A stretch of DNA of 63,707 nt, counting the filler, from Chiloscyllium plagiosum (lineage: Eukaryota), in assembly GCF_004010195.1 (NCBI RefSeq). It is 4 parts of one record of this genome, joined end to end, with 100 filler letters (N's around TTAATTAATTAA, not from the genome) between each part and the next. Parts side by side here need not be neighbours in the genome. Positions count along the whole stretch, not along the records: positions 28,953 to 47,319 come from NC_057713.1; positions 47,420 to 58,645 come from NC_057713.1; 2 more parts are not named here. One strand, written 5' to 3'. The notes beneath the pieces are model-generated. The model was given only the letters and a program-made list of their open reading frames with translations. It was not told the origin of the DNA and ran no database searches. Made by a program: the position numbers and the translations under genes. Positions 39,676 to 52,044 of the stretch are shown one piece after another (position 1 is the stretch's first letter; every line of letters begins with the position of its first letter).

Positions 39676-40667
39676 GACTTCCAAGTAAAGTGAAGCTGTT
39701 GTCTCCTGCTTCCTATTTATATGTTTGTCCTGGATGGGGTTCCTGGGGTTTGTGGTGATGTCATTTCCTGTTCGATTTCTGAGGCGTTGATAGATAGTAT
39801 CTAGATCTATGTGTTTGTTTATGGCGTTGTGGTTGGAGTGCCAGGCCTCTAGGAATTCTCTGGCATGTCTTTGCTAAGCCTGTCCCAGGATAGATGTGTT
39901 GTCCCAGTTGAATTGGTGGATTTTTTCATCCGTGTGTAGGGCTACGAGGGAGAGAGGGTCGTGTCTTTTTGTGGCTAGCTGGTGTTCGTGTATCCTGGTG
40001 GCTAACTTTCTTCCTGTTTGTCCTACGTAGCGCTTGTGGCAGTCCTTGCTTGGAATTTTGTAGATGACGTTGGTTTTGTCCATGGGTTGTACTGGGTCTT
40101 TTCAGTTTGTCAGTTTTTGTTTGAGAGTGTTGGTGGGTTTGTGTGCTTCTAGGATTCCGAGGGGTCTTAGTAGTCTGGCTGTCATTTCTGAAACTTCTTT
40201 GATGTATGGTAAGGTGGTTAGGGTTTCTGGCTGTGTTTGGTCTGCTTGTTATGGTTTGTTCTTGAGGAATCTGCAGACTGTATTTTTTGAGTATCCATTC
40301 TTCTTGAATACTTTATATAGGTGGTTCTCCTCTGTTTTCCAAAGTTCGTCTGTGCTGCAGCTGATACAGTGTTCTGAAGCTGTATCAGAACACTATTCCA
40401 GCGAGCCACCACACACTGCAGCACAAGGGATGAACTCAGATTTCACCAGTTTCCTCATTTCCCCTCCCCCCACCTTGTCTCAGTCAAATCCCTCGAACTC
40501 AGCACTGCCTTCCTAACCTGCAATCTTCTTCCTGACCTCTCCGCCCCCACCCCCACTCCGGCCTATCACCCTCACCTTGACCTCCTTCCACCTATCGCAT
40601 TTCCAACGCCCCTCCCCCAAGTCCCTCCTCCCTACCTTTTATCTTAGCCTGCTGGACACACTTTCCT

Positions 40668-40704
40668 CATTCCTGAAGAAGGGCTTATGCCCAAAACGTC
40701 AATT
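40668..40704 (+). ncRNA. Degenerate minimal hammerhead ribozyme
   Basis: CTGAAGA-AGGGC-TTAT-GCCC-AAAACGTC. Confidence 0.58.
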
Positions 40705-42768
40705 CTCCTGTTCCTTGCTTTTCCAGCAACACATTTTCAACATAGATCTAGATACCATCTATCAACCCCTCAGAAATCGAACAGGAAATGACATCACCAC
40801 AAACCCCAGGAACCCAATCCAGGACAAACATATAAATAGAAAGCAGGAGACAACAGCTTCGCTTCACTTGGAGGTCGCCACTGATAATGTTACCTAGCCA
40901 GGTAATGAAACGTCTGGATATCAAACCTACAGCTCAGCAAGCAAACCTACACCCTAAGCATTGTTCTCTGAAGTATTTTTCTTAACCTTAAGTACTGAAT
41001 GGATTCGACTACTCTCCTGTGCCTTTTCTGAACTTTAGATTAATTTACCAGCTGTTCTGTTTCTTTCTAGAGTAAAGCCTTTTGTTGAATTTAACATGTC
41101 TGACAGAACACATTAGGAATTTTCAACCAATTTTGTCTCATATAAACTCTAGTCATATTTCTTCACTGATCTGAAGCAATTCATAATTAATCCAGACTTC
41201 TCCCAGGTTGCTAAACTCTTCTGTTGAATCTTGCTCTTTATATAATTTTATTTGTTCTGAGGAGAAAATAATTGTCAAAGGTTTTTGGTATTTTTCAAAA
41301 GTATCTGCTTCTTCCTTTGTGCTTCAATGAATTACAATGTCAACAGTTATACAATCAGTTCCACTATGTCTTTCATTAATGCGAATTGGCTGTAACATGA
41401 TTGATGAATTGGGAACGCTGTTTCTAAAATGTGAACTTGTAAAATATGTATTGGTTATTAGCAATTAGATTGCCAACACTTTAAGTATTACTTGTATTGT
41501 GTGATATTAGTGTAGTGCGGGATCGCATTGGAACGGAACTATCATGTTTATAAAATAAATTACTGTACTACCAATTGTATGTAGATATGTATTAATTTGT
41601 TCAGCTACTGAATTATTCTCCAGTTTGGAAGCTAGGCTATATTTTAGAAATTATTTTCTCCAAGATGTCCAGATCTGTGTTCTTTTTGGTCCACCTGTGA
41701 AATTAAACCATCCCCAGAAATGTTATTTCTTTTGCCATGTTTTTCTAATGCAATTATTTATTCCACTTGTTTAAAGGCTTTTAATTTTGCTGCTGTTTCT
41801 TCTGAGATTTTCCTTATTTTTGGTTAAAATGCCAGATTCACATTTTCTGCTGTTAAAAATAAAGAATACCTGCCTTCTATGTGTTAAATGGATGATTTCC
41901 ATCTTTTTACCAGCTTCTGTGGACAAATCCCAATATTTGCAGCCTAAATAAATCATTTGTGTTCCTTAACAGCTTTATTGAATAACTTCTGTTGCCTGCA
42001 GCTTTGATAACAAAATTTGCTTTAATCACAATAGTGGGATAGTCTGCTTCCCACTATCTGTGGTTCTAATAATAATTATTATTTCTTTCACAGCTTTTCC
42101 TGAATGATTCCTGCTATCTGCAGTATCAATAAATGCTTCCATCTTTTACTGCTGTTTAATAATGGATCTCTTGTCGTTTTTGCTCCTAACCTCCGTCTTT
42201 CTTCTTTCATTGGACATTGGCTTCATCGGTTTCAGATATGTGCTTTATCTCTCTAATTCTGGCTTCATGTGCCCTTGGGTCTGTGACCTCAGTTTGAATT
42301 GTTTCTGTAGCCTTTCATTTACTTTACAATTGCCCATGCTTAACTAAGTACAAGTCTTTACTTCTAGCTTTCTCATTCTTTGAATGTTTCCCTTGCTCAT
42401 TTAGGAATTCCAAATTGTGGAGATGATTTCTGTTCACACTCAGCTGAACCCCAACTTTGGACTGCTCCTACAGACCACTAGCACTCAGCGTAATCTGTAA
42501 TTGCCTAAGAATGATCAATCCAGCTCCCAGGAGTTTCTAACATCCCTGCTGCAGAACATCTCTTACCATATCTGAATTTCGTTTACCACTCTCTGTCGAT
42601 TCCGCCTTGTTGAATCTTGTCACAAAATTCTCTTCTGTAGACTTCTCAAATGTTCATCTCTACATGAGTAGGATTCTTAAAGCTATGCCTGGAGAAATCT
42701 TTGGATGCCCGTCATTGCAGGATGTTCTATGTTGCAGCTAAGTGGAATCTATAACATGTTGTATGAAC

Positions 42769-43358
42769 TGTTATAGACCAGGCCAGACCCCCTCAAAACA
42801 TTTTAAGAAGGTAGCCCAGACCTTACATTTTACTTTTTTTTAGACAGATGTAAGTGGATATTTCAGGAGTGATGCAGCTGATCAAGCCACTCAGCTTTAA
42901 ACAAGAATTTATGTAAAAATTACGGATGAAAAACAAGCAAAAGAAAACAGAATTTAGAATAATTTAACTTATTTCATAATTGAACTGACATGACATTGCA
43001 ACTTAACAAAGCTGTTGCAATCCTTGCAACCTCCCAAACACACCCCTTGGCAAAAGGTACATTCAAACACAGGTGGTTACAGGCAGGAGAGATTTCAGAG
43101 AGAAAGTCCAGGCAAGCCCTCTGTTGAAGCATAGAACCCCTTTTCACTGTAGCCGCTTCTCTAGGCCCTCAGCAGTTTTTTTGAATGACTGCTAAAACTA
43201 AACCAAACTAGAAAAAAACTGAACTGGGAAAACTGTCCATTCCCCTGCCATTGTTCAAAGTAACCATTTCCAGACAAATTGGCACTTCTCCCTTTATGAC
43301 CCTTCTTGGAAAAAAAACAAATAGAACATAACCTTGTTAAAGGAGCAGCATCATCACA
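42769..43358. mobile_element. Solo LTR
   Basis: TGTTATAG...CATCACA termini, flanks GAAC/GATC (imperfect 4-bp TSD), non-coding. Confidence 0.65.
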
Positions 43359-43884
43359 GATCAAATCTCATAGCTGATCATTATGTTGCATGAGTTTGCC
43401 TTCATTATTGCTCACCATGAGGAGGGTATGCTGCCACGATCCTCTTTATTGAGTACAGATCTAAAAGGTTCACTTGGTCTGGTATGGTAGGGAAAAACCA
43501 CATGCTTATCTAACAAGAATAGATGCTTTTCATTAATAAGATGTAGTTTATTGCATTTTTGCAATTAAGTTTGAGTTACACTAACATGGTAGGTATTGTT
43601 ATATGGACTATGTGGACAATTGGGATGGTAGTCCCAGATGCTTCAAGATCCAAAGCTGTTTTCCTACCAAGCACTCCTGATACATGATAGCATGGTCCTT
43701 AAGGCACTCCTCAGTATCTGCCCTTTAACAGCCTTTCAACTTTATGCACCAGATAGCTGCAACATTGCAGATACATTGTTAACAACCCACCTATGGCTTA
43801 CCCACTTGTGGCCTCCAAGAGGCATTTTAATATTTTTCTTACACTGTGTACCAATTTCAAAACTGTCAGTTTTGATATCCATTG

Positions 43885-44170
43885 GTGGAATATGAATGTC
43901 GCTGGCTAGGCCAAGATTTGCCCCACACCTAATTGCACTGGCAAAGATAATGATGAGCCTCCTTCTTGAACCTTGCAACCCTTGACATGGAGGGACTGTT
44001 AGGAAGGGAGTTTCTAAAATTTGACCCAAAGACACTAAAGGAACAATATTATAATCCAAAGTTGGGCTGGTGTGTGAGTTGTATGGAAAGATTTTGGTGT
44101 TTCCATGTAACTGCTGTCCTTGTCTTTCTAGATGGTTGTGGTTTTTGAAAGTGCTGTAAAGTGAGTCTTT
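43885..44170 (-). mobile_element. Old CR1-type LINE 3' fragment
   Basis: Reverse complement similar to 34200-34370 and to the SINE tail at 16680-16735 (CTAGCCAGCGACATTCATATTCC). Confidence 0.55.
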
Positions 44171-46732
44171 GTGAGTGACTGGGCTGGCTTATGTGGAAAT
44201 GACATTGAGGATGATAGACTCAGGGCCTCTGCCTGAAGAGGCCTTTGGCTGCAAGCTTTTCAAATGGAGGCTGCTTAGAGGTTGCTGCTGACCCTAGTCT
44301 TGCTGGTTCATCTGTTTCTCCTCCATTTCTCTGCTCCTTTGATGTATCACAGCAATAGCAATGATCCATTGTTCACGCTTCCAATGAACATGTGCAGGGA
44401 AAATAAGAGCAGTGCGAGCATTCACACCGCTCACAATGACAGCTTAGCACATTCCTTCATGCAATGGAACACAGAATACCAGTTAATGCAGCACATGAAA
44501 TGTTGTGCAAAAATAGTAAGAGATTATAAGTGCTGTATGATTGATATCTTGAGCTCCTAACTACACAATACTTAAGAAACACAGCATTGCACATGTTGGT
44601 GAATGTTTCCAGCTGAAGATGAGAGGTTCTTTTGCCTCTTGCAGTCTATATGATCTTGGTGTATCTGTGAATTGTGGTCCACAAGTGCCACTTTTCAGGT
44701 CACTTGTAATTAGTTCTCCTTCACAGAGATGGCTGTCTTCAATCTACAGTGACCAACCAGTGTCCAGGAATAGTATCCCACACAGTTGGAAACTGCATGA
44801 ATTTCACATACGGGGTACTATGATTACAGATGACTTCATCCTGTACTGTGAAAATGCCTGATTAATGCAATCGCCCCTTGAAGAGCATCACATCACTAAC
44901 AAGTAGATGCTGCATACTGAGATATACTTACTCCATCTGAGTTTGGTCGCAGCCATTTTCCATCCCATTTAGCAACCATAAAAATCTCTGGAACTGAGGG
45001 CAAAAATTTAATGCCACCAGAGGCAAGTTTGCAAGCAGGAGATAATTAATCAGGGAAGAAAGGGCAGAGTGGGAAACCTCCTGTCTTCATGCCTCTGCCC
45101 CCATTAAATCAGGGGCAGAGACAGCTGTGGATCAGGGAGTACCACCTCATCCATATGTTTTACATTGATAAGTTGGTCACGGTCAATCAGGAGGTTCAAG
45201 TCCAGGGAATGGCATTATTTCAATCAATCCTGGAGGTCAAGCAAAAATCAATCTGGACCTTGCTGCAGTCAGTCAGTCAGTCAGGCAGGACCCATTTACA
45301 AATTCAGTGCAGAGGATGGTCTGCTATGGCTATCCAGCAAAGTCTGTCTCGGGATTGGGACACGGTCAGATAGTTTGGTCGCCCCTACATTATATATAGA
45401 GTTGTTAGGACCATCTAGAACACCATTGAGGCCACAGGTAACAAGGATCAGGGGAATAGGAATTGTGGTAAAGTCAAGAAGGTGATGGATATCATGAGTT
45501 AGGCGGATATTGTGGGTCACAAATAGAGCCGGTAGTTACTGCAATGAACACAAATTTTAAATCTCATTGGGTGAATTCAAAAATCAACTGCCCTATACAT
45601 TTTCAATATGAATAAAGCAGCAACCAAAGTGGGAATAGGAAGTAACTGTTTTTCTCAAAAGGGCTGGAATGCAAGGACTCCGAAAGGGTGACTGCAGAAG
45701 TCTGGAGTTCAGTCAATAATCAATCAATTCATACTTCAACATTACATCAACCCAGACTCAGGTTTTGTGCTGCGGTGGCAGTGCCCTTATCGCTGAACCA
45801 CTTTTAAATCCTACATGCCTTGGAGGTGCATCATGATATGTCTAAACGGTTGATTATAAATTTTTTTAATCTTAAATCATCCAATTCTGACTTGCTCGCA
45901 GGAGGGACAGAGTGAGATTATATTGTGATATCTGTGTTTTCTTAAATCAACAAGAAGAACAGGATACATTTACTACACACTTCACCTTCCCTATTCACCA
46001 ATAGTGTCTACCACTGCAAGCCATTTCCTTGCTGCCATATCCTTACTCACAAGACGAAAACTGCTGTGTGTGTGCATGTGTGAGTGTGTAAAAGTGTTGC
46101 TAGCAGTGGACCTGCAGACTCATTCACTGCACCTTGTACTTGCTGCTCCTAGATGCCTGCAGAAGAGAGGAGAATGGATTAGTTGGTGAAGGTGAAGAGA
46201 AACATTCATGTTACAATTTAATAGCATTGCTTTTCATCCAAGAAGAGCAGCACTATGTTTCTCACATGATTGCTGACCCATGGTGTCTCCACATTCCCTT
46301 AGGATGGTTCCAGTCTTTCCCAGCTGGCTGAACAGCCTGTCCTCAAAGGGGGCAAGGAATTTTACCCCAGCACTCTCTCATTGGCTTTCACCCTCTTTGT
46401 TTTTCCTGCACTTGGATAAAGAGAAGGATTGAATACAATGGGAACGAGTGCAGAATAAGCAAGCTTAACTATCTGAGGTGGTGAGCTGTCTCCCAGTAAG
46501 GGAGTAGGGAGCACAATGCCAGAAAGTGGAATCAACTTGAGAGGGTGAAACAGGTGTGAGGCCTTGTGTACATCATGCATGGATGCTGAGGTTTGCGGGC
46601 CTTTGTGAGGTTCCTGTAGATATTGAGTGATGCCACTGTGAGGGTGGGGTAGCAGAGAGAGGATGATACTACAAACCAAATGGAACGCACAAGCTCCTTA
46701 GTTTTCTTTACCGTGGTGCTGCTTGCTTTCAC

Positions 46733-47035
46733 ATTACCATAAGATCAGGAGCAGATGTAAACATTCGTCCCAGCGAATGTTTACATCTGCTCCTGCTGTG
46801 CCATTTGATGAGATCATAACTAATCTGATCATTTTCAATTTCATTTCCATGCCTTCTCCTTGATTCCCTTGCCGATTACAAATCTGTCTCAGCTTGAATT
46901 TATTTAATGACCTAGCCTCCATGATAAAGAATTCCACAAATTTACACCTTCTGAGAAAAGAAATTTCTCCTCATCTCTGTCTTAACTGTGTGACCCCATT
47001 TCCTGAGAAAATGCCTTCCAATTTTCTAAATTCCA
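46733..47035 (-). mobile_element. Old CR1 3' end containing a perfected 22-bp hairpin
   Basis: CR1 3' UTR homology; CAGGAGCAGATGTAAACATTCG-TCCCAG-CGAATGTTTACATCTGCTCCTG at 46746-46795. Confidence 0.75.
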
Positions 47036-47039
47036 ATGG

Positions 47040-47319
47040 GCTGAAAATGTGTTGCTGGAAAAGCGCAGCAGGTCAGGCAGCATCCAGGGAACAGGAGAAT
47101 CGACGTTTCGGGCGTAAGCCCTTCTTCAGGAATGAGGAAAGTTTGTCCAGCAGGCTAAGATAAAAGGTAGGGAGGAGGGACTTGGGGGAGGGGCGTCGGA
47201 AATGTGATAGGTGGAAAGAGGTCAAGGTGAGGGTGATAGGTCAGACGGGAGTGGGGGCGGAGAGGTCGGGAAGAAGATTGCAGGTTAGGAAGGCGGTGCT
47301 GAGTTCGATGGATTTGACT
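47040..47319 (-). mobile_element. Young Penelope (Neptune-type) terminal repeat running into gap
   Basis: Reverse-complement match to 40485-40740; CpGs retained. Confidence 0.88.
47097..47133 (-). ncRNA. Minimal type-I hammerhead ribozyme (intact core)
   Basis: ATTC-CTGAAGA-AGGGC-TTAC-GCCC-GAAACGTC-GATT. Confidence 0.8.
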
Positions 47320-47419
47320 NNNNNNNNNNNNNNNNNNNNNNNNNNNNNNNNNNNNNNNNNNNNTTAATTAATTAANNNNNNNNNNNNNNNNNNNNNNNNN
47401 NNNNNNNNNNNNNNNNNNN
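47320..47419. other. Assembly gap spacer
   Basis: N44-TTAATTAATTAA-N44. Confidence 0.97.
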
Positions 47420-48899
47420 ATATGTGACCAGTTTGAACGGGCCTCGGGGGCCAAGGTAAACCAAGGCAAGAGCGAGGCCATGCTCTTTGGGAACTGGGCC
47501 GACCAATCCTCGATCCCCTTCACCGTCAGGACCGACCACCTGAAGGTGCTGGGTATTTGGTTCGGGGGGGCTGGGTCGTGCGCCAAGTCTTGGGAGGAGC
47601 GTATCAGCAAAGTGAGGCAGAAACTGGGCAGATGGATGCTACGGTCGCTCTCCATCGCGGGGAAAAAACCTGGTCATCAGGTGTGAGGCACTGTCATTGC
47701 TATTATACGTGGCACAGGTCTGGCCTATTCCCAGAACCTGTGCCGCTGCAGTCACCCGGGCCATCTTCCAGTTCATATGGAGGTCAAAGATGGACCGGGT
47801 CCAAAAGGACTCGCTGTACAAAGATCTGGGCAACGGGGGAAAAAATACACCCAATGCCACCCTCACCCTGATGGCCACCTTTGTGTGTGGCTGCATTAAT
47901 CTGTGCGTGGATCCCCAGTACGCAAACACCAAGTGTCACTATGAACTGAGGTTCTACCTGTCCCCGGTGTTGCGAAGGATGGGCCTGGCCTCGCTGCCGC
48001 GGAACGCTCCGAGTAGTTGGACCGTTCCGTATCACCTGTCCTTCGTGGAGAAGTTTATGAAGAAAAACACCTTTGACCACCAGTCCATCAGAAAGTGGTC
48101 AGCACGTAGTGTCCTTGAGACCCTTCGGGAAAAGGAGAGGGCGGATCCTATCGAGCGGTTCCCTGAGCAGACTGTCAAAGCCATTTGGCAGAATGCCTCA
48201 TCGCCAGAACTTTCCAACAAGCACCAAGACATGGCTTGGCTGGTGGTGAGAAGGGCTCTGCCTGTGCGATCCTTTATGCACGCCCGGACTCTCAGCCGCA
48301 CCGCATGCTGCCCTCGAAGCGGCTGCGGGGGGAACGAGACCGTCACACACCTCCTTCTGGAATGTGCCTACGCAGAGGAAGTCTGGAGAGGAATGCATTG
48401 GTGTTTGTCGAGGTTTGCCCCGAGCAGCGCTGTGACGTGGGACTCCATGCTCTACGACCTGTTCCCCAGGACCCACACTGAGACGAACATCAACTGTGCC
48501 TGGAGGATCATCAACTCAGTGAAGGACGCTCTCTGGGTGGTCCGAAACCTGCTGATCTTCCAGCTGAAGGAGTTGACCCCGACTGAGTGTTGCAGACTGG
48601 CACATTCCAAGGTCCAGGACTACGTGTTGAGGGACGGGCTGAAGCTTGGGGCAGCTGCCGCCAAGGCGCAGTGGGTAAAGTCTGCCTGCCTAACGAAGAA
48701 CAGGGGGCCCATGCAGTCATTTGGGCTCTGCTGACGCCTCAGCTAATTATATGGGCATATGATTGAAAAATGTACAGACCTGTATAAAAATGATAAATTC
48801 TGATCTCTGTCTGTACATGTTTACATATGTATGGCATGACCAATTGTACAGACCATCAAATTATTTTATGAATAAAGTATATTTTTGAAATAAAAAAAA
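47420..48899 (+). mobile_element. L1/Tx1-clade LINE, ORF2 C-terminal half + 3' UTR + poly(A)
   Basis: FERASGAKVNQGKSE, LKVLGIWF (RT thumb), CPRSGCGGNETVTHLLLEC (zf-RVT CCHC); 345-aa ORF 47697-48734 with a frameshift at ~47665; AATAAA 48871-48876 and A tail to 48899. Confidence 0.92.
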
Positions 48900-49126
48900 G
48901 ACTGTGTGGAGCTTGCACATTCTCCTGCGTGGGTTTCCTCCAGATGCTCCGGTTTCCTCCCACAGTCCAAAGATGTGCAGGTTAGGTGAATTGGCCATGG
49001 TAAATTGCCTGTAGTGTTAGGTGAAGGGGTAAATGTAGGGGTAGGGCTATGGGTGGGTTGCGCTTCAGCGGGTCAGTGTGGACTTGTTGGCCGAAGGGCC
49101 TGTTTCCACACTGTAAGTAATCTAAA
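48900..49126 (+). mobile_element. HE1-type SINE, 3' two-thirds
   Basis: Starts GACTGTGTGGAGCTTGCAC directly after the Tx1 tail; ends CTGTAAGTAATCTAA. Confidence 0.9.
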
Positions 49127-49285
49127 TAAAAAGTCAGAGGTGGGAAGAAATGTACTCACTCACAGTGAGGTGTTAATTAGGCTTATAAATAATCAAAGTG
49201 ACACCATTTGTCCCTGACCCCATCGAATTGGTGGCTCAGGGATTAAAAGATCTCACGTGTTCCTCACCTCCTGACTATCATGTCA

Positions 49286-49388
49286 GCCAGTTGATAGTGT
49301 GACTGACCATCTCACAAATCCATTGCTTCTAACATTTGCAAGCGACTCCTACACAAGCTCTTTTCTAAAGCAGGAACACTGAATAGGG
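49286..49388 (+). repeat. ~100-bp unclassified direct repeat, copy 1 (copy 2 at 53657-53759)
   Basis: GCCAGTTG..AGTGTGACT.ACCATCTCACA..TCCATTGCTTC.A.CATTTGCAAG.GACTCC.ACACAAGCTC..TAAAGCA..AACA.TGAATAGG in both. Confidence 0.8.
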
Positions 49389-50179
49389 CACGCAACCTCT
49401 TTCAACACTCTGGGAATTAAACAATCAGCTCATGGGGATTTATCAACTTTCAATCCCATTAAATTCTCTAGCAAAAGCTTCTTACTATAACTACTTTACT
49501 ACAACTCCTCATTCTCTCCCCTACTTGGGAAGTTAGGAGAAATTTATTCTATTTTCCTCAATGAAAACGGACACCAAATATTCATGTAGCTTCCCTGCCA
49601 TTTCTCTATTAGCCAATATAAATTATATTGACTCTGCTTTTAACAAGTCCACATTTGTTTTGACCAAATCTTTCCTTTTTACACTTAGAAGCTTTTATAG
49701 TTTTGTTTTGTTTTGATAGATTCCATTCATATTCTGTTCTTCATTTCATTATCAGTGTCTTGGTCCTCCTTTGCTGTATAAAGAAGGCTAGCAACCAGCT
49801 TCTGACTCCTCTAGAAGGGTGGAAAGTTGTAGGTAGGGCTGATTGGCAAAGGATACATGCAGCACGGTTGCTGCCAAGATAATGGGCAATCACAGAAATG
49901 ATGTGTGGCACAATGAGATTCATTGATCACATGATCCTGACATCAATAAGGGAGAAGACTATTCGAAAATGAACAAGTGAAGAGAGACAATGCTGTCTTT
50001 GATAACCTAACATGTGTAGATGTATATTAACTGTTACAGTAGATAAGGAGTCAAAGAGCCTGACTTAGAGATAAAGGGCAAGCAGACTCAGGAACAGTGT
50101 AAGCGTGGACACCCATAGCCTGAGGTACTACACACCATATCTCATCATGCAAGTATAGGTGGCATCCTGGACCATCATG

Positions 50180-52044
50180 CAGTGGTCCCAAAACAGATCC
50201 TTGTGGCCCACCACTTGCAATTGGACTCCAGGCTGAATATTTTCCATCAACCACCACTCGCTGCCGTCTTACAGAAAGCCAGTTTCTAACCCAAACTGCT
50301 AAATCACCCCAATCCCATTTTCTCCAAAAACGTACAATGTGGAAACTTATCAAAGACTTAACTGAAGTCCATGTACACCACGGAAACTGCCCTATTCTTA
50401 TCCACATGCTTGGTCACCTTCTCAAAAAATTCAATGAGGTTTCTGAGACATGATCTGCCCTTGATGAAGCCATGTTGACTATCAATGATCAAATTGTTGC
50501 TTGCTCGATGATTATAAATCCTATCTCTTACAACACTTTCCAAAGCCTTTCCTACAACAAATGTAAGGCTCACTGGTCTATAATTACCTGGGTCGTCTCT
50601 ACTGCCCTTCTTGAGCAAGGACACAACATTTGCAATCCTCCAGTCCTCTGGTACAAAACCTGTAGACAATGATGACTCAAAGATCAAAGCCAAAGGCTCC
50701 GCCATCTCCTCCCTAGCTTCCTAGAGAATCCTTGGATAAATCCCATTGGGCCCAGGAAATTTATCTACTTTCACACCTTCTAGAATTGACAACACCTCCT
50801 CTTTACTAACTATAATCCCTTCTAATCTAATAGCCCATGTCTTAGTCTTCTCCTCTACGATATTTTCCTTTTCCTGAGTGAAAACAGATGAGAAAATTTG
50901 TTTAGCACCTCTCTGATCTCCACAGGGTCCACACAGAACTTTCCATTTCTGTCTTTGACTGGCCTTATTCTGACCCTATTCATCCTTTTATTCCTCACAT
51001 ACCTATAGAAAGCTTTAAGGTTCTCCTTTATTTTACCTGCTAAAGACTGCTCATGTGCCCTCCTTGCTTTTCTTAACTCTCTTGTTAATTGCTTCCTAGC
51101 TAATCTGTAACTCTCCATTGCCTCATCTGAACCATCTTGTCTCATCATCAAATAGGCCTCCATCCTCCACTTAACAAGAGATGCAATTTCTGTTGTAAAC
51201 CACAGTTCCCTTACCTTATCACTTCCTCCCTGCCTGACAGGGATATACCTATCAAGGACACGCAATATCTGTTCCTTAAACCAGATCCACATTTCCATTG
51301 CCCCCATCCTTGCATTTTGCTACCCCATTCTATGCCTTCCAAGAATTGCCTAATCGCATTACATTTGCCCTTCCTCCATCTATAACTCTTGTGGCATGTA
51401 CCTATCCGTTTCCATCGCTAAACTAAACGTAACTGAATTATGGTCACTCTCTCCAAAGTGCTCACCTACAATTAAATCAAACACCTGACCTGGTTCATTA
51501 CCAAGCACTAGATCCAGTGTGGCCTCCCCTCTTGTCAACCCTGCGACATACTGTGTCAGGAAACCCTCCTGCACACAATGGACAAAAACTGATCCATCCA
51601 ACATACTAGAGTTATAGCATTTTCAGTCAATGTTGGGGAAATTAAAGTCCCCCAAAATGACCACCCTGTTCCTTTCGCTCCTACCCAGAATCATTTTGCT
51701 AATCCTCTCCTCCACATCCCTGGAACTCCGCGGAGGCCTAAAAAAAATTCCCAGCAGTGTGACCTCTCCTCTCCTGTTTTTAACCTCAGTCCATACCATC
51801 TCAGTAGACGAGTCCTCGTCAAAACTTCTTTCAGCCACCGTTATACTGTCCTTGACTAACAAAGCCACACCTCCCCCTCTTATACCACCTTCCCTGATCT
51901 TAATGAAAAATCTAAACCTTGGAACCTGCAACATCGATTCCTGACCCTGTGCTATCCATGTCTCCAAAATGGCCACAAGATCGATGTCCCAGATAACAAT
52001 CCATGCTGAAAGCTCAACTACCTTATTTTGGATACTCCTGGCGT
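50180..52044 (-). mobile_element. CR1 ORF2 5' segment (EN through mid-RT), inverted
   Basis: [49 protein letters not shown] on minus strand. Confidence 0.93.

Larger units (their letters stand above)
39563..40958 (-). mobile_element. Penelope-like element (Poseidon-type) with inverted terminal repeat and embedded Neptune-type segment
   Basis: DKTNVIYKIPSKDCHKRYVGQTGRKLATRIHEH (GIY-YIG); inverted arms ~39595-39810 vs ~40741-40958; ~40420-40740 matches the different PLE family seen at 47040-47319. Confidence 0.9.
38700..42760 (-). mobile_element. Ancient highly decayed LINE-like remnant(s), interrupted by younger elements
   Basis: Possible RT motif traces on minus strand (FIADNST ~39070-39090, GVGQG ~39220-39240); ~140-bp duplicated block 38732-38875 / 41390-41533; homology to 17480-18120. 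Confidence 0.4.

Noticed and set aside
47697..48734. 345-aa ORF as a host gene
   Set aside because: It is the zf-RVT-containing C-terminus of a Tx1/L1 ORF2 after a frameshift, followed by the element's poly(A) tail
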